From Barthelona sp. PCE (Eukaryota): a DNA stretch of 64,000 bases. The stretch covers positions 124,001 to 188,000 of the forward strand of contig JAUFOR010000008.1 of NCBI GenBank assembly GCA_040285745.1, written 5' to 3'. Shown here piece by piece: positions 41,508 to 51,313 of the stretch. The number at the start of each line of letters is the position of its first letter. Positions within the stretch are counted from its first letter, which is position 1. Below the pieces are notes generated by a model. The model saw only the letters and a list, made by a program, of their open reading frames with translations, made no database searches and was not told the DNA's origin. A program made the translations under genes and the position numbers.

Positions 41508-42635
41508 ATGGCACAGAAATATTCCAATTTCCACAACATATTGAAGGAAAAATTCCAAGATGATGCTGATGGTTTGTCATTTATTGAATCACAACTGTTT
41601 GGTCGTCCTTGTGAGACTTTTGAAAGTTCTTTCGACGATGAGCTCAACTGTGAAGTCGCCCACGATAAGTTCGAAGGTCAAAGTTCCATCGGAGGTAAGA
41701 GAATGGTGAAGATTGCAGCCATTCAAAACTCTATTCCAGCCGATACCACTCTTCCTATTGATGAACAACTGCGGATCAACGTTGATCGCATCTTTGCCTT
41801 AACCAAGAAGGCCTGTGAGGAAGGTGCTCAGATCATCTGTCTCCAAGAGGCTTGTTCTGCCCCTTTCTTCTTCTGTCTACGAGAGAAGTGGCCATGGACA
41901 CAGTTCGCTGAGGATTACATTGAAGGTCCAACCGTCTCTCGTTTCTATGAGCTCAGCCGCGATTATAAGAATGTTATCATCCTTCCTATCCTGGAACGCG
42001 CTCAGCATGACATTATCTGGAACACAGCTGTTATTCTGGAGGACGGAGAGGTTCTTGGAAGAACACGCAAGAGTCATATCCCAAGAATTGGTGACTTCAA
42101 CGAAGGTACGTATTACCGTTACGACCGAAACATGAAGTTCCCTGTTTTCAAAACAAAGTTCGGTAATGTGGCTGTCCAGATCTGCTATGCCCGTCACTTT
42201 CCTTTGTGTTGGGAGGCGTATGCCATTAATGGTGCTGAATTCATCTTTAACCCATCCGCAACCGTAGATGGCCTATCGGAGAGTCTTTGGCCCATTGAGG
42301 CCAGATCAGGCGCAGTCGCCAACAGTGTTTACACAATTGCCATTAATCGTATTGGAACGGAGCACTATGAGAGCGAATTTACAAGCGGAAATGGTAAACC
42401 CGCTCACAAGGACTTTGGTCACTTCTATGGCTCATCGTTCGTCACTGCTCCCAACTCACATAGAACTCCTTCTCTTTCCCGTGATAAGGACGGTATTCTG
42501 ATTGTTGACTGTGATCTAAACATTATCAAGCAGGTTCGTGATGTTTGGAACTTCCAAATGGCTCATAGAAGAGAGGATTATGCTGAGTTGCTTGCTGCCT
42601 CTGTTGATCCTGAATTCCAACCCAATATTCAATAA
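41508..42635 (+). CDS. UPB1: beta-ureidopropionase (nitrilase family)
   Basis: CLQE, RKSHIPRIGDFNE, ICYARHFP, FNPSATV, EFTSG-GKPAHKDFGHFYGSS; the E-K-C triad is intact. Confidence 0.97.
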   Translation: MAQKYSNFHNILKEKFQDDADGLSFIESQLFGRPCETFESSFDDELNCEVAHDKFEGQSSIGGKRMVKIAAIQNSIPADTTLPIDEQLRINVDRIFALTKKACEEGAQIICLQEACSAPFFFCLREKWPWTQFAEDYIEGPTVSRFYELSRDYKNVIILPILERAQHDIIWNTAVILEDGEVLGRTRKSHIPRIGDFNEGTYYRYDRNMKFPVFKTKFGNVAVQICYARHFPLCWEAYAINGAEFIFNPSATVDGLSESLWPIEARSGAVANSVYTIAINRIGTEHYESEFTSGNGKPAHKDFGHFYGSSFVTAPNSHRTPSLSRDKDGILIVDCDLNIIKQVRDVWNFQMAHRREDYAELLAASVDPEFQPNIQ

Positions 42636-42992
42636 ATTCAGTCTTCGCACAATGTTAATCATAGGAGTCTGCAAAAGTCTTTCAAATTGGTGAAGTAATA
42701 ATGACATCAAAAAAGCGAACTTCATTTCCTGATATTCTTTCCACATAAAGATTCACCAACTACTTCTCGTTACAAATGTGTTATACACTCAATCTTGATA
42801 TTTGAGGTCAATGATACATCCTCAAAGTATTAGTTATGTTCTAGGAATATTAAATGATCAAGCTGTCAAAGTTGTGGAATTATTGTAGTCCTATGGCTCC
42901 AAGAAACATATTAACTTGTATATACCTTCTGTAAAATAAATACTGTAACATTCCAACGTTTTATCTTATCCTACCCTTTCACAATCTTTAAA

Positions 42993-44693
42993 ATGACAAC
43001 TATTGTCAGAAGACTTGTCAGTAAGAAGAAGAAGCGTCTGGAAGATCAAGATGAAGGGTTCAGTCTTGATTTAGCATATATCACACCAAGTATTATTGCA
43101 ATGGGATTTCCATCAACCTCACTCGAGGCGCTATATCGCAACCCTTACGGAAAGGTGCTGGATTACCTTGATACAAAGCACCAGGATAAGTATATGGTCT
43201 ATAATTTGTGTGTTGAAGATGACAAGCAGTATCCATCCTCAAAGTTTTATGGGCGTGTTCAAAACTACCAGTTTCCCGACCACACACCACCTGCATTCCC
43301 TCTACTTGTTAGAATGACAGAGAATATGGCTGAATGGGCTCAACATCCTGAGAATGTCCTAGCTATACATTGTAAGGCTGGAAAGGGCCGAACTGGTCTC
43401 GCAGTAGTGTGCTACCTTCTCCATTCAGGAATCTGTCAGAGTATTAGAGAAGCGCTTGTTTATTACGCTCGACAACGTACATTGGATCTGAAAGGGTTGA
43501 GAATTCCGTCTCAGCGTCGATTTGCAGCGTACTTTTCGCGCTATATGCACACAACATCTCCACATTGTGAGCGTCTTAAGCTGAATGCACTTCCATTTCA
43601 GTCCGATAACGAGGACGAGCAAGACTTCGACATGGTAATGGACCGGAACCTGGTTCTTGATCTCACCTCATTGGAGGAGAACCAGCGTGTGAGCGACAAA
43701 ACTAAGAAAGTTCTGGAATGCCGTTGGGAATCGAGGATTGCACAACCTTTCACTTCACCGCACTTCAGCTTACCTTATTCCATAGTAGACGTTAATATAC
43801 GAGGAACACCTAACTTATCTAACGCCAAACTGTACTATGTGCTCAACGAACTAGTCATTGCTGACGTGGTTGTAGACGAAGACGTTCTACATCAAAGTAA
43901 GCCTCATAAGGTGTTTAGCACACGAAATATGGCCCAAGAACGGAATGAGGATAATATTTTTGCGCTTGGAGCATGTAACATGAAGTTGAAGGGTAGTTAT
44001 CAACTACGCATCAGCGCACGCAAGACGATGAAGAACGTCAAGCTCTGCTCTGTTTATTTCGACACAGCCTTTTTACACAACGCAATCAACCCCGTTCGGT
44101 CAGAAATTGTTAAGCACGTTTTCACCAAAGAGGAGATTGATGGTGCCTTCAAAGATACCGATCACGAACATTTCAGCTCAGATTTTGCTTTAGAGGTAAC
44201 TTTCAGGGCACATCCTGAGCTACGCGATCAGGAATTGGAGCAAGAGTTCTTTGATCAAGATGATGAGTCCGACGGTGAGGACTTACATGAGGAATCGACC
44301 AACACCCTTGAAAAGTCAATAGACGATAATGTGGAGGACGAATCAGATGCTGAGCTGGAGCTCCCTCTTTCGCAGTTTGCTTTAGAAGCGCATAATGATA
44401 TCGCAACCGATACTGAGAGCGAATGTGAAGAAAAAGAGGAAGAGAATGAGGACATTGTGATGAATATGAAAACAAACATGCTCACAAAGAAAATGCAAGA
44501 TGTTGAGGACGCAAAAACAGCACAAGAAGAGATGAAATTTTTCAAAGTAGCATCCGATTCAATGCTTTCTCCACAGCAGCAACGTAACTTACATAAGAGT
44601 GTTCTCAATACTCGAGCTGCAGTGAGCGAGTACATCTACGGTAGCGAGACCGAGTCTGAAGCTGAATTGAATGATGAGAGTGATTTTTTCTAA
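42993..44693 (+). CDS. PTEN: PTEN-like phosphoinositide 3-phosphatase
   Basis: R-LVSKKKKR, LDLAYIT--IIAMGFP, YNLC, FPDH, HCKAGKGRTG, IPSQRR; followed by a C2-like domain and acidic tail. Confidence 0.95.
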   Translation: MTTIVRRLVSKKKKRLEDQDEGFSLDLAYITPSIIAMGFPSTSLEALYRNPYGKVLDYLDTKHQDKYMVYNLCVEDDKQYPSSKFYGRVQNYQFPDHTPPAFPLLVRMTENMAEWAQHPENVLAIHCKAGKGRTGLAVVCYLLHSGICQSIREALVYYARQRTLDLKGLRIPSQRRFAAYFSRYMHTTSPHCERLKLNALPFQSDNEDEQDFDMVMDRNLVLDLTSLEENQRVSDKTKKVLECRWESRIAQPFTSPHFSLPYSIVDVNIRGTPNLSNAKLYYVLNELVIADVVVDEDVLHQSKPHKVFSTRNMAQERNEDNIFALGACNMKLKGSYQLRISARKTMKNVKLCSVYFDTAFLHNAINPVRSEIVKHVFTKEEIDGAFKDTDHEHFSSDFALEVTFRAHPELRDQELEQEFFDQDDESDGEDLHEESTNTLEKSIDDNVEDESDAELELPLSQFALEAHNDIATDTESECEEKEEENEDIVMNMKTNMLTKKMQDVEDAKTAQEEMKFFKVASDSMLSPQQQRNLHKSVLNTRAAVSEYIYGSETESEAELNDESDFF

Positions 44694-44706
44694 CCAAATT
44701 TGATTT

Positions 44707-47043
44707 TTACTCAGTTTTTGACGCTTGTTCTGATGATGGAGCCGGCATTGTCTTTGTCAATCCAAGCGTTTGTGTAAGATTAAGCTTGAAATCAGTAACT
44801 TTGCGCATTTGATCTTTCATGAACGAAAACATGCGGCTTTGGAACTGTTCTGCAATAATATCAACGTGCTTTTTCAATACATCGTACTTGTCCTGCAGCA
44901 AGGGCTTAAATAGCCATAGTAAAGCTAATAGAACAAGCATAGGAAGCCACAAACCCGGTCTGATCACAACAAAGCGTAATTCCTTGGCGAAAACTATGGA
45001 GAACAGAACCCAGTAAATGAGTGGGAGGCTCGTTGTCGAATGGAGTCTGGCACGTTTCTCAATCCAATCATCAAAGATTACCTTCGAACTCTTTGTGAAA
45101 TCTTCTCGCACCTGGTCTAGATCAACGGCAACAATAACACCGTACTTTTTCTCAAAGAAGGGAACAAACTTTAACAACCAGCATGCCATATCAACAGTTT
45201 CGGTGAATGTACGATGTAAATCCAGAGAATTGAGGCGCTTGTACCAAAATGTATTAAATATCTCCTGAAGCTTGTGCACCAGGTCACACTTAAAGTACTG
45301 GACTGTGGATTCGATCACGTGCTTCCTCAACGAAACCTCAAGATCATCACTTAACACGTTATCAACACAAATGTCCTGTGTGCAATTATGGTACTCTGCT
45401 ATTCTACAACTGATCTCCTTCTGTAGAAGGGCGTCGTACTCGATGTACACGAGGTTGAGATGGTTGTCTACATCTTCATTGGACACATTACTGTTAACAA
45501 AAGTAGATGATGCAAAGAAGGAGTTGACGCATATCTCCTCAAGCTCCTGCTTGAATTCAAGCTCTTTCTTCATGTAAAGACGACGTAGAAGCTCTTCCTT
45601 AACAGAATCTATCTCTATCGTCGCAAATTTCCCGAGTGCGTCCACATGGTACTTGAAATCATAGCTACAGTCCTCTGGTATCCATGTAAAAAGAACCTGG
45701 TAACTCTGAATACGATTTTCAAGCTTACTAAATAGTTCAGAACGCAACTTCTTAAGCATGTCCTTGGTTGTGACTTCCCGCATTCGATACGGTGAAAGAG
45801 GCGTCCCTGGGGTGGATATAGACCCACTGCGATGCTTTCTTTGCTCGATGTATCGATTCTGATTTACCATTGGTACTTCCTGCAATTCCTGAACCAATTT
45901 AGTTTTTAGACCGTCAGTTATTTTTGCAAAAATCTCATTTGTCAGCTCTTCGTACTTAAGGAACAGTGCTGAAATGAATTCAGCATATTTCTCATCAAAA
46001 ACGTGTTGGATGTAATGTTTACCTTGAAATTTGTACTCACCAATAACAAATTCAAAAATACGCGCTATCTTACTATCAATCTCCTCTGCTATCAAGTTCT
46101 GACTAATGCGGGACCTATGCAACTCCAGCTTTTTTTCAAGGATTTCAATACATTCACTGTGGATATTCGTCAGTCTATGCTCAGCGAGTAACTGTTTGGC
46201 AGAAGGGATATCCAACTCTTTGCTCTCCGAAATGACCTCCCAGAGTCCAGTGATATATGGCGCAAGATCCTTCTGCATAACACCCTGCGTCTTACTGTTT
46301 GTATTATCCATGAGTGCGTCGATGTCGAGTCTTAGATCTACAGCCGCTTGTTTCCACTCCTCGGCGTAGAAGTTCTTGTGCGGGAGGAAGTGAAACTCCG
46401 AATGAAAGACGCTATCAAAAGGAAAAGACAACAAAAACTCGCTGCGATCACAGTCGTTTAAAACCTGCTTCCATAACTCGACAACTTCCTCCTTCAACTG
46501 TCCTTTGAGGTTTTCTTTAGGCGTCTGGCCGTCAAAATCACGTAATACAAAGACAAGATTTGTTTTAATAATGTTATCATCTGTTCTAAACAGATGTAAC
46601 ACTGCTTCAAATGTGTTACGTAGAAGAGCCATTCCGCTGCCAACAAACCTTCCAACGTCATGTGCCCACATATTAATCACAAAAACATCGCTAACCGCCA
46701 ACGTAAAAACAGCAAATTGACGCTCAAACTTCAGTGTGTCTGCTCGTTCTGAACCATCACTACCCTCACAGTCAAAAACATATAACGGATTGGCGCTTTC
46801 ATTGATGCGCGCAAGCCATATGCCTTTAGTCGTTTGCTTACGACCTGCCGAACTGTTCATGACCTGGAAATTTGTATCATACAACTGGTTTAAGAGCGTT
46901 GACTTACCTGAACTCTGTGGCCCGATGATACTCAACATATGATATGAGTCACTTGTTGCAACCTCCTCACAAACTGACTTATCAAAAAAAAAGTCTTTGA
47001 TGTCATCAGCAATAACCCCGTTATGATCGATCAAATGCTTCAT
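44707..47043 (-). CDS. SEY1: Sey1/RHD3 ER-fusion GTPase
   Basis: GPQSSGKSTLLN, QTTKGIW, D-EG-DG-ER, FERQ, INMW and FVLRD motifs; C-terminal TM hairpin. Confidence 0.95.
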   Translation of the reverse strand: MKHLIDHNGVIADDIKDFFFDKSVCEEVATSDSYHMLSIIGPQSSGKSTLLNQLYDTNFQVMNSSAGRKQTTKGIWLARINESANPLYVFDCEGSDGSERADTLKFERQFAVFTLAVSDVFVINMWAHDVGRFVGSGMALLRNTFEAVLHLFRTDDNIIKTNLVFVLRDFDGQTPKENLKGQLKEEVVELWKQVLNDCDRSEFLLSFPFDSVFHSEFHFLPHKNFYAEEWKQAAVDLRLDIDALMDNTNSKTQGVMQKDLAPYITGLWEVISESKELDIPSAKQLLAEHRLTNIHSECIEILEKKLELHRSRISQNLIAEEIDSKIARIFEFVIGEYKFQGKHYIQHVFDEKYAEFISALFLKYEELTNEIFAKITDGLKTKLVQELQEVPMVNQNRYIEQRKHRSGSISTPGTPLSPYRMREVTTKDMLKKLRSELFSKLENRIQSYQVLFTWIPEDCSYDFKYHVDALGKFATIEIDSVKEELLRRLYMKKELEFKQELEEICVNSFFASSTFVNSNVSNEDVDNHLNLVYIEYDALLQKEISCRIAEYHNCTQDICVDNVLSDDLEVSLRKHVIESTVQYFKCDLVHKLQEIFNTFWYKRLNSLDLHRTFTETVDMACWLLKFVPFFEKKYGVIVAVDLDQVREDFTKSSKVIFDDWIEKRARLHSTTSLPLIYWVLFSIVFAKELRFVVIRPGLWLPMLVLLALLWLFKPLLQDKYDVLKKHVDIIAEQFQSRMFSFMKDQMRKVTDFKLNLTQTLGLTKTMPAPSSEQASKTE

Positions 47044-47278
47044 TGCCCCGTTTCAAAATGCTAAGTAATGTGCAACTGGGAAATTCGTGTAAATGGAGGA
47101 GAAACCTTAATTCAACAATAGAGTACAATTCAGTTTTTTTTTTGGTCTTCGAACCAACCAATCAAGATTTTTCCCCAGAATAGGGGAAATATATTGCGTA
47201 AATCCTGAACAAATTCACCGTTTGTACATTTATTTCCCTTTCAAAAAGCACAAGGTCTTTTAAATACCTTAGCTGGCA

Positions 47279-49210
47279 ATGGCATTCGCAGACAAATACG
47301 CGATATCCCCGGCATTCTCTTTCAATCAGGATGAGAACAAGATATCAATTTTTGACACCATTAATGAGGGGGCAGATAAGTTTCTTTCACATGAAGAGAT
47401 CGAAAAGGCGCTGTCTCAGACGAAACGCGCATCTAAATCATACAAAATATCAGAAACTCCAAAAAAGAATCCAAAGCTTTATGAAGGACTGGGAACTGAT
47501 AGAGAGCTTTTTCTCACACAATCACCGGCAGTTGGTGTGCACAATCCGAACTATAACGTAAACAAAATGAAATCACCAAGGATAAAATTTGGAACCAGTC
47601 CTGCTCGACCAATTGTTAAGGTTGAAGACCATGAACGCATTGGCCCTGGTGATTACGAGGTACAGAGTACATTCATAAAGAAGAAAGCTAAGAATAAGAT
47701 TCCAAAAAAGCAAACGCGAAAACAGTATATCTCGAAAAACCATGAAGTTGAGAACTTTGGTAAGAACAGCCCCGGTCCCGTGTACTATCCTAAAAACGAT
47801 GGCTGTTTCCCGCCTGCTCCACCTGTAGGTTATTCCCCGAGCATGAATATGTGGCGATCACGAGTTGTTCGGAAACGCAAGAAGAAATTGGAGATGAAGA
47901 AGAAGGGTAAGAGTCTGGGTGAGCATCTTGATAAACAGATCGAGCAGATTGAACGAAATATAGCCAACCCCAATGAAGAACCTGTACCGGTTGAGACAGA
48001 GTTTAAAGAAGAAGAAACGGTTGAAGAAAATATGAAAGATGAGATTCCACTCGGTGCCGAAGCAGAAAAGGAGCTTGTCGTTGAGGAAAAACTACCTGAT
48101 GATGTTGTTATTGTATCCAGTAAGGAATTGAAAGAAATTGTGACATCACCTCGTCTTTTATCAGTTCCCAGTGAGTTGGATGAGAAGAAAGAGACCGAGA
48201 AAGAGACGGTTGTTGCGGACTTTGACAGCGTTGATGAAGAGGAGGACATGAAACACATGGAGATGACCGAATCTGAAGAAAATATTTCTCCCAAGTCTGA
48301 TGAAGAGCATGTTGTTATTGAGGAAGTAACTGATATGGTTGAGAGCACAGAGGCTGTTGAAACAATTGAAGTTTCCAGGTCTGAAGCTGATGAGGTTGAA
48401 GATGAAACTGAAAAGGTTGAAGATGAAACTGAAAAGGTTGAAGATGAAACTGAAAAGGTTGAAGATGAGACTGAAAAGGTTGAAGATGAGACTGATAAGG
48501 TTGAAGATGAGACTGATAAGGTTGAAGATGAAACTGAAAAGGTTGAAGAGAAAGTGGAAAAGGAACTCATAAAGGAGGTCAAGACTGAACCCCAAACGGA
48601 AAAGGTAGCTGAAGTTCCCAAGATTGCTCTTGAAAAACGCCCAACGAGCAATGGAATGATAACGCCTCGCCAAAGTCGCCGCAAACACACACTTGAGACT
48701 CCAAGAACTGTTAACAATCGTACCCCTGCTGAGAAACCAGTAATGCGAACACCACGCGGGTATTCTATCAGAGGAAAGAATGTGCAGAGTGAAAGGGCCA
48801 GGTTCATCAGTCCTATGCACTCTCTCCATGAGCCAGCATCACACAAAAACAAAACGCCTGGCCCAGGTCAGTATAAGATCCGCAAAGATGTCAATCTGAA
48901 GCACAGCCCAACGTTCTCGAAGGTACGAAGGGAGACTGGTATGGTCAACAAGATCGAGGGTGATTACCGGTTCTATAACATTGGAAGTTCTCTGGGTGCG
49001 GCCGGAAAACGTACACCTAGGAAGAAGAAAGCGTATTCGCCCACACCCAGGCGGAAAGGCAAGAATAAGAAGAGACAAAGTTCTGCAATTGCTGATGTCC
49101 AGAAGGTTTCTGAAAAAATTGACTTAAAGAAGCCAGATTTGGCTGAATTAGCGTTCGAAATGATCGAAAAGGAGGCAAATTTGTTCTCAAATACGCAACC
49201 AAAAATGTAA
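47279..49210 (+). CDS. SHIPPO-repeat (PGP-repeat, ODF3/STPG-like) protein with acidic central insert
   Basis: SPAFSF, SPRIKFG, IGPGDY, SPGPVY, TPGPGQY and SPTFS motifs flank a Glu-rich region. Confidence 0.7.
   Translation: MAFADKYAISPAFSFNQDENKISIFDTINEGADKFLSHEEIEKALSQTKRASKSYKISETPKKNPKLYEGLGTDRELFLTQSPAVGVHNPNYNVNKMKSPRIKFGTSPARPIVKVEDHERIGPGDYEVQSTFIKKKAKNKIPKKQTRKQYISKNHEVENFGKNSPGPVYYPKNDGCFPPAPPVGYSPSMNMWRSRVVRKRKKKLEMKKKGKSLGEHLDKQIEQIERNIANPNEEPVPVETEFKEEETVEENMKDEIPLGAEAEKELVVEEKLPDDVVIVSSKELKEIVTSPRLLSVPSELDEKKETEKETVVADFDSVDEEEDMKHMEMTESEENISPKSDEEHVVIEEVTDMVESTEAVETIEVSRSEADEVEDETEKVEDETEKVEDETEKVEDETEKVEDETDKVEDETDKVEDETEKVEEKVEKELIKEVKTEPQTEKVAEVPKIALEKRPTSNGMITPRQSRRKHTLETPRTVNNRTPAEKPVMRTPRGYSIRGKNVQSERARFISPMHSLHEPASHKNKTPGPGQYKIRKDVNLKHSPTFSKVRRETGMVNKIEGDYRFYNIGSSLGAAGKRTPRKKKAYSPTPRRKGKNKKRQSSAIADVQKVSEKIDLKKPDLAELAFEMIEKEANLFSNTQPKM
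48395..48549 (+). repeat. 21-bp coding tandem repeat, 7 full copies plus a partial (VEDETEK)
   Basis: Unit GTTGAAGATGARACTGAWAAG read directly from the sequence. Confidence 0.97.
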
Positions 49211-49364
49211 AACACAGAAATGTTTCGCAGGGTTACTACTTTTGCATTAATAACTGTTTTTCCGTTGATTTTCTCAATAATAATCGCTGTGCGCTGACGC
49301 CAAAAAACAAAGAACTATACCGAAGCAGTTGGAGCATTGTTTTTCAAAATAACTTCCATTTCAC

Positions 49365-51299
49365 ATGAATGAGGGACGAACATCATCATTGAACAGTATG
49401 ATTGAGACTCTTCAAGCCTGCAACTTTGAGGAAACCGTCGAAATATCGAGGATGTTTCTCAACCAGCACCCGCGCAGCAATGCTGGTTTTTTGGGCGCCC
49501 GCATACATGCAAAGGCAGTTGCAGCAGAAGCATACCTGCGAATGGGCAAAATGACAGACTCTTTCAAGATATTAAAGAGCGCCACCCACGAAATGAACTC
49601 AATTCCTCCACTTGATCAGAATTCATCTCTGCGTCTGGCTGTATCTCGACTAATGGGTGCATATCACATGATGAACGACGAGGCAGAGAAAGCTCACGAA
49701 TGTTTTTCCGATGTAGTTGAAAGGCTACCCGATCTGGATGAGACAGATGAATATTTACTTGAGGCAGGCAACATATACCTCGAATTTGTACAGTGTCTTT
49801 TTGTTCTTGGTCGAATTTATAAAGCTATCGAGGTTATTAAGAGACTCCTGCAGTTTTCAGAACTTGATTGGCACATCCAAGCCAATGCTGGCTTCCTGTT
49901 GGCCAACTGCTATCTCAGCATCGATCTCCCACACCACTGCCTGGATGTTCTGCTGACGACAGAGCCTTTAACCGATGACTTTACCGATTTTGCAATGGAA
50001 CAAACTAAGATCGTTTTACACGCCAAGCTTTTGCTAGTACGAGGCCTGGCTTACCGCAGTATCGGCGCTATGAATCAGGCTAGCGAATGCCACCAGCAAT
50101 CACTCACATTGCTTACGCACCCGCATGTTAGAGCATCCCCTACTGACGAATGGCATATGTGCACATGTCTATCAAATTTTTACTATGGCCTTGACTTGGT
50201 AGAGCTCAATACAGACTTCATTAGTCCGATTCACCTCTTAGTTGAATCATACCGGATGGAGAAACTGCCTGAGTGTTATTTAGGATTTTCAAAGCTTATA
50301 AGGGGTGTTTTAGAGCTCAATGATGCAGATACGACTCAGCAGGTAACCAATACATTCAGAAAATTCGACTTGCCCTTTGAAATCTCACAAGACGGTCTTC
50401 TAAGATTGCTTCAGGCAGGTGTTGGTCTATGTACAAAGCAGGGCACGTCATTCTTGAGTGATAGGATGTGGGTGCTGTTTGAGCTCTCAAAACTGCTGGC
50501 CAACGTATACACTCGTCTTGGTGATCTCAATGCAGCACATGAGGTACTAAACAAACTGCTTCTTGTATCTGAAGACGAATCTCACAACCCCAGGCGGACA
50601 GCGCAGGTTGCCCACTTGTTTGGGTGCCTATTAAAAGAGGAAGGAAGACATTCCAGTGCATATAGTATGCTGAACAAGTCATTGATGCTTTTCTTGCGTG
50701 TAATTGACACTGTATCGGAGCAGTCAAACTATTCTAAGCAGAAGGAGCTGTCAGCTACCCAGTTACTCGAGAACATGTCTTGGAGCGATGACAGTGACCA
50801 CGAAATTATCGTTGCCGAAATAGCTACAGTATGCTGCGACATTGGTCTGGTATTTATTGAACAGGGTAATGCAAAGCGTGCCCACCACTACTTCAACTGG
50901 TGCCTCAAACTCCGTATGAAACTCTTCAGTAGCGCTGAAATACAAACAGGTTCTATCAATCTCAGCCAGACAAACTACTCAATAAGTTCAGTAGGTACAA
51001 CGGCGATGGATAAGTCGCTTCCTGGACTCACAGATTGCTCCTCGCCACTTGTAGCCGACGTATGTATGTATCTTGCAATCAGCCTCATGAAGACTTCCCC
51101 CGTTCAGTGCAGACAGTACCTGAATATTTCAAAGCGCATATTGGAGCGGTGCCCGATGTCACGCGAAGTCAACAAACAAATCGAGTACCTCAACACAGTT
51201 ATGAGCAGAGTTATTCAGATACAGCATGATATCCAGAACGGTGAGAGAAAGATAAGTATTGGTGGTAAAAAGACTAACGGAACGCTGGTTGCGCTATAG
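49365..51299 (+). CDS. TPR-like helical repeat protein
   Basis: Repeated A---LG--Y---G---A patterns (for example LANVYTRLGDLNAA, IGLVFIEQGNAKRA). Confidence 0.65.
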   Translation: MNEGRTSSLNSMIETLQACNFEETVEISRMFLNQHPRSNAGFLGARIHAKAVAAEAYLRMGKMTDSFKILKSATHEMNSIPPLDQNSSLRLAVSRLMGAYHMMNDEAEKAHECFSDVVERLPDLDETDEYLLEAGNIYLEFVQCLFVLGRIYKAIEVIKRLLQFSELDWHIQANAGFLLANCYLSIDLPHHCLDVLLTTEPLTDDFTDFAMEQTKIVLHAKLLLVRGLAYRSIGAMNQASECHQQSLTLLTHPHVRASPTDEWHMCTCLSNFYYGLDLVELNTDFISPIHLLVESYRMEKLPECYLGFSKLIRGVLELNDADTTQQVTNTFRKFDLPFEISQDGLLRLLQAGVGLCTKQGTSFLSDRMWVLFELSKLLANVYTRLGDLNAAHEVLNKLLLVSEDESHNPRRTAQVAHLFGCLLKEEGRHSSAYSMLNKSLMLFLRVIDTVSEQSNYSKQKELSATQLLENMSWSDDSDHEIIVAEIATVCCDIGLVFIEQGNAKRAHHYFNWCLKLRMKLFSSAEIQTGSINLSQTNYSISSVGTTAMDKSLPGLTDCSSPLVADVCMYLAISLMKTSPVQCRQYLNISKRILERCPMSREVNKQIEYLNTVMSRVIQIQHDIQNGERKISIGGKKTNGTLVAL

Positions 51300-51313
51300 T
51301 AACGCTGTAAGGA

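Noticed and set aside
1-47043. Apparent clustering of endomembrane genes (Vps8, Vps45-like, Sac1, C9orf72-like, PTEN, Sey1)
   Set aside because: They are interspersed with unrelated genes on both strands; such genes are common enough for chance co-location.
48395-48549. CRISPR-like array
   Set aside because: Units are contiguous with no spacers, in frame within a CDS, and there are no cas genes.
47830-48852. 340-aa and 222-aa antisense ORFs
   Set aside because: Shadows of the Glu-rich repeat-containing gene on the plus strand.
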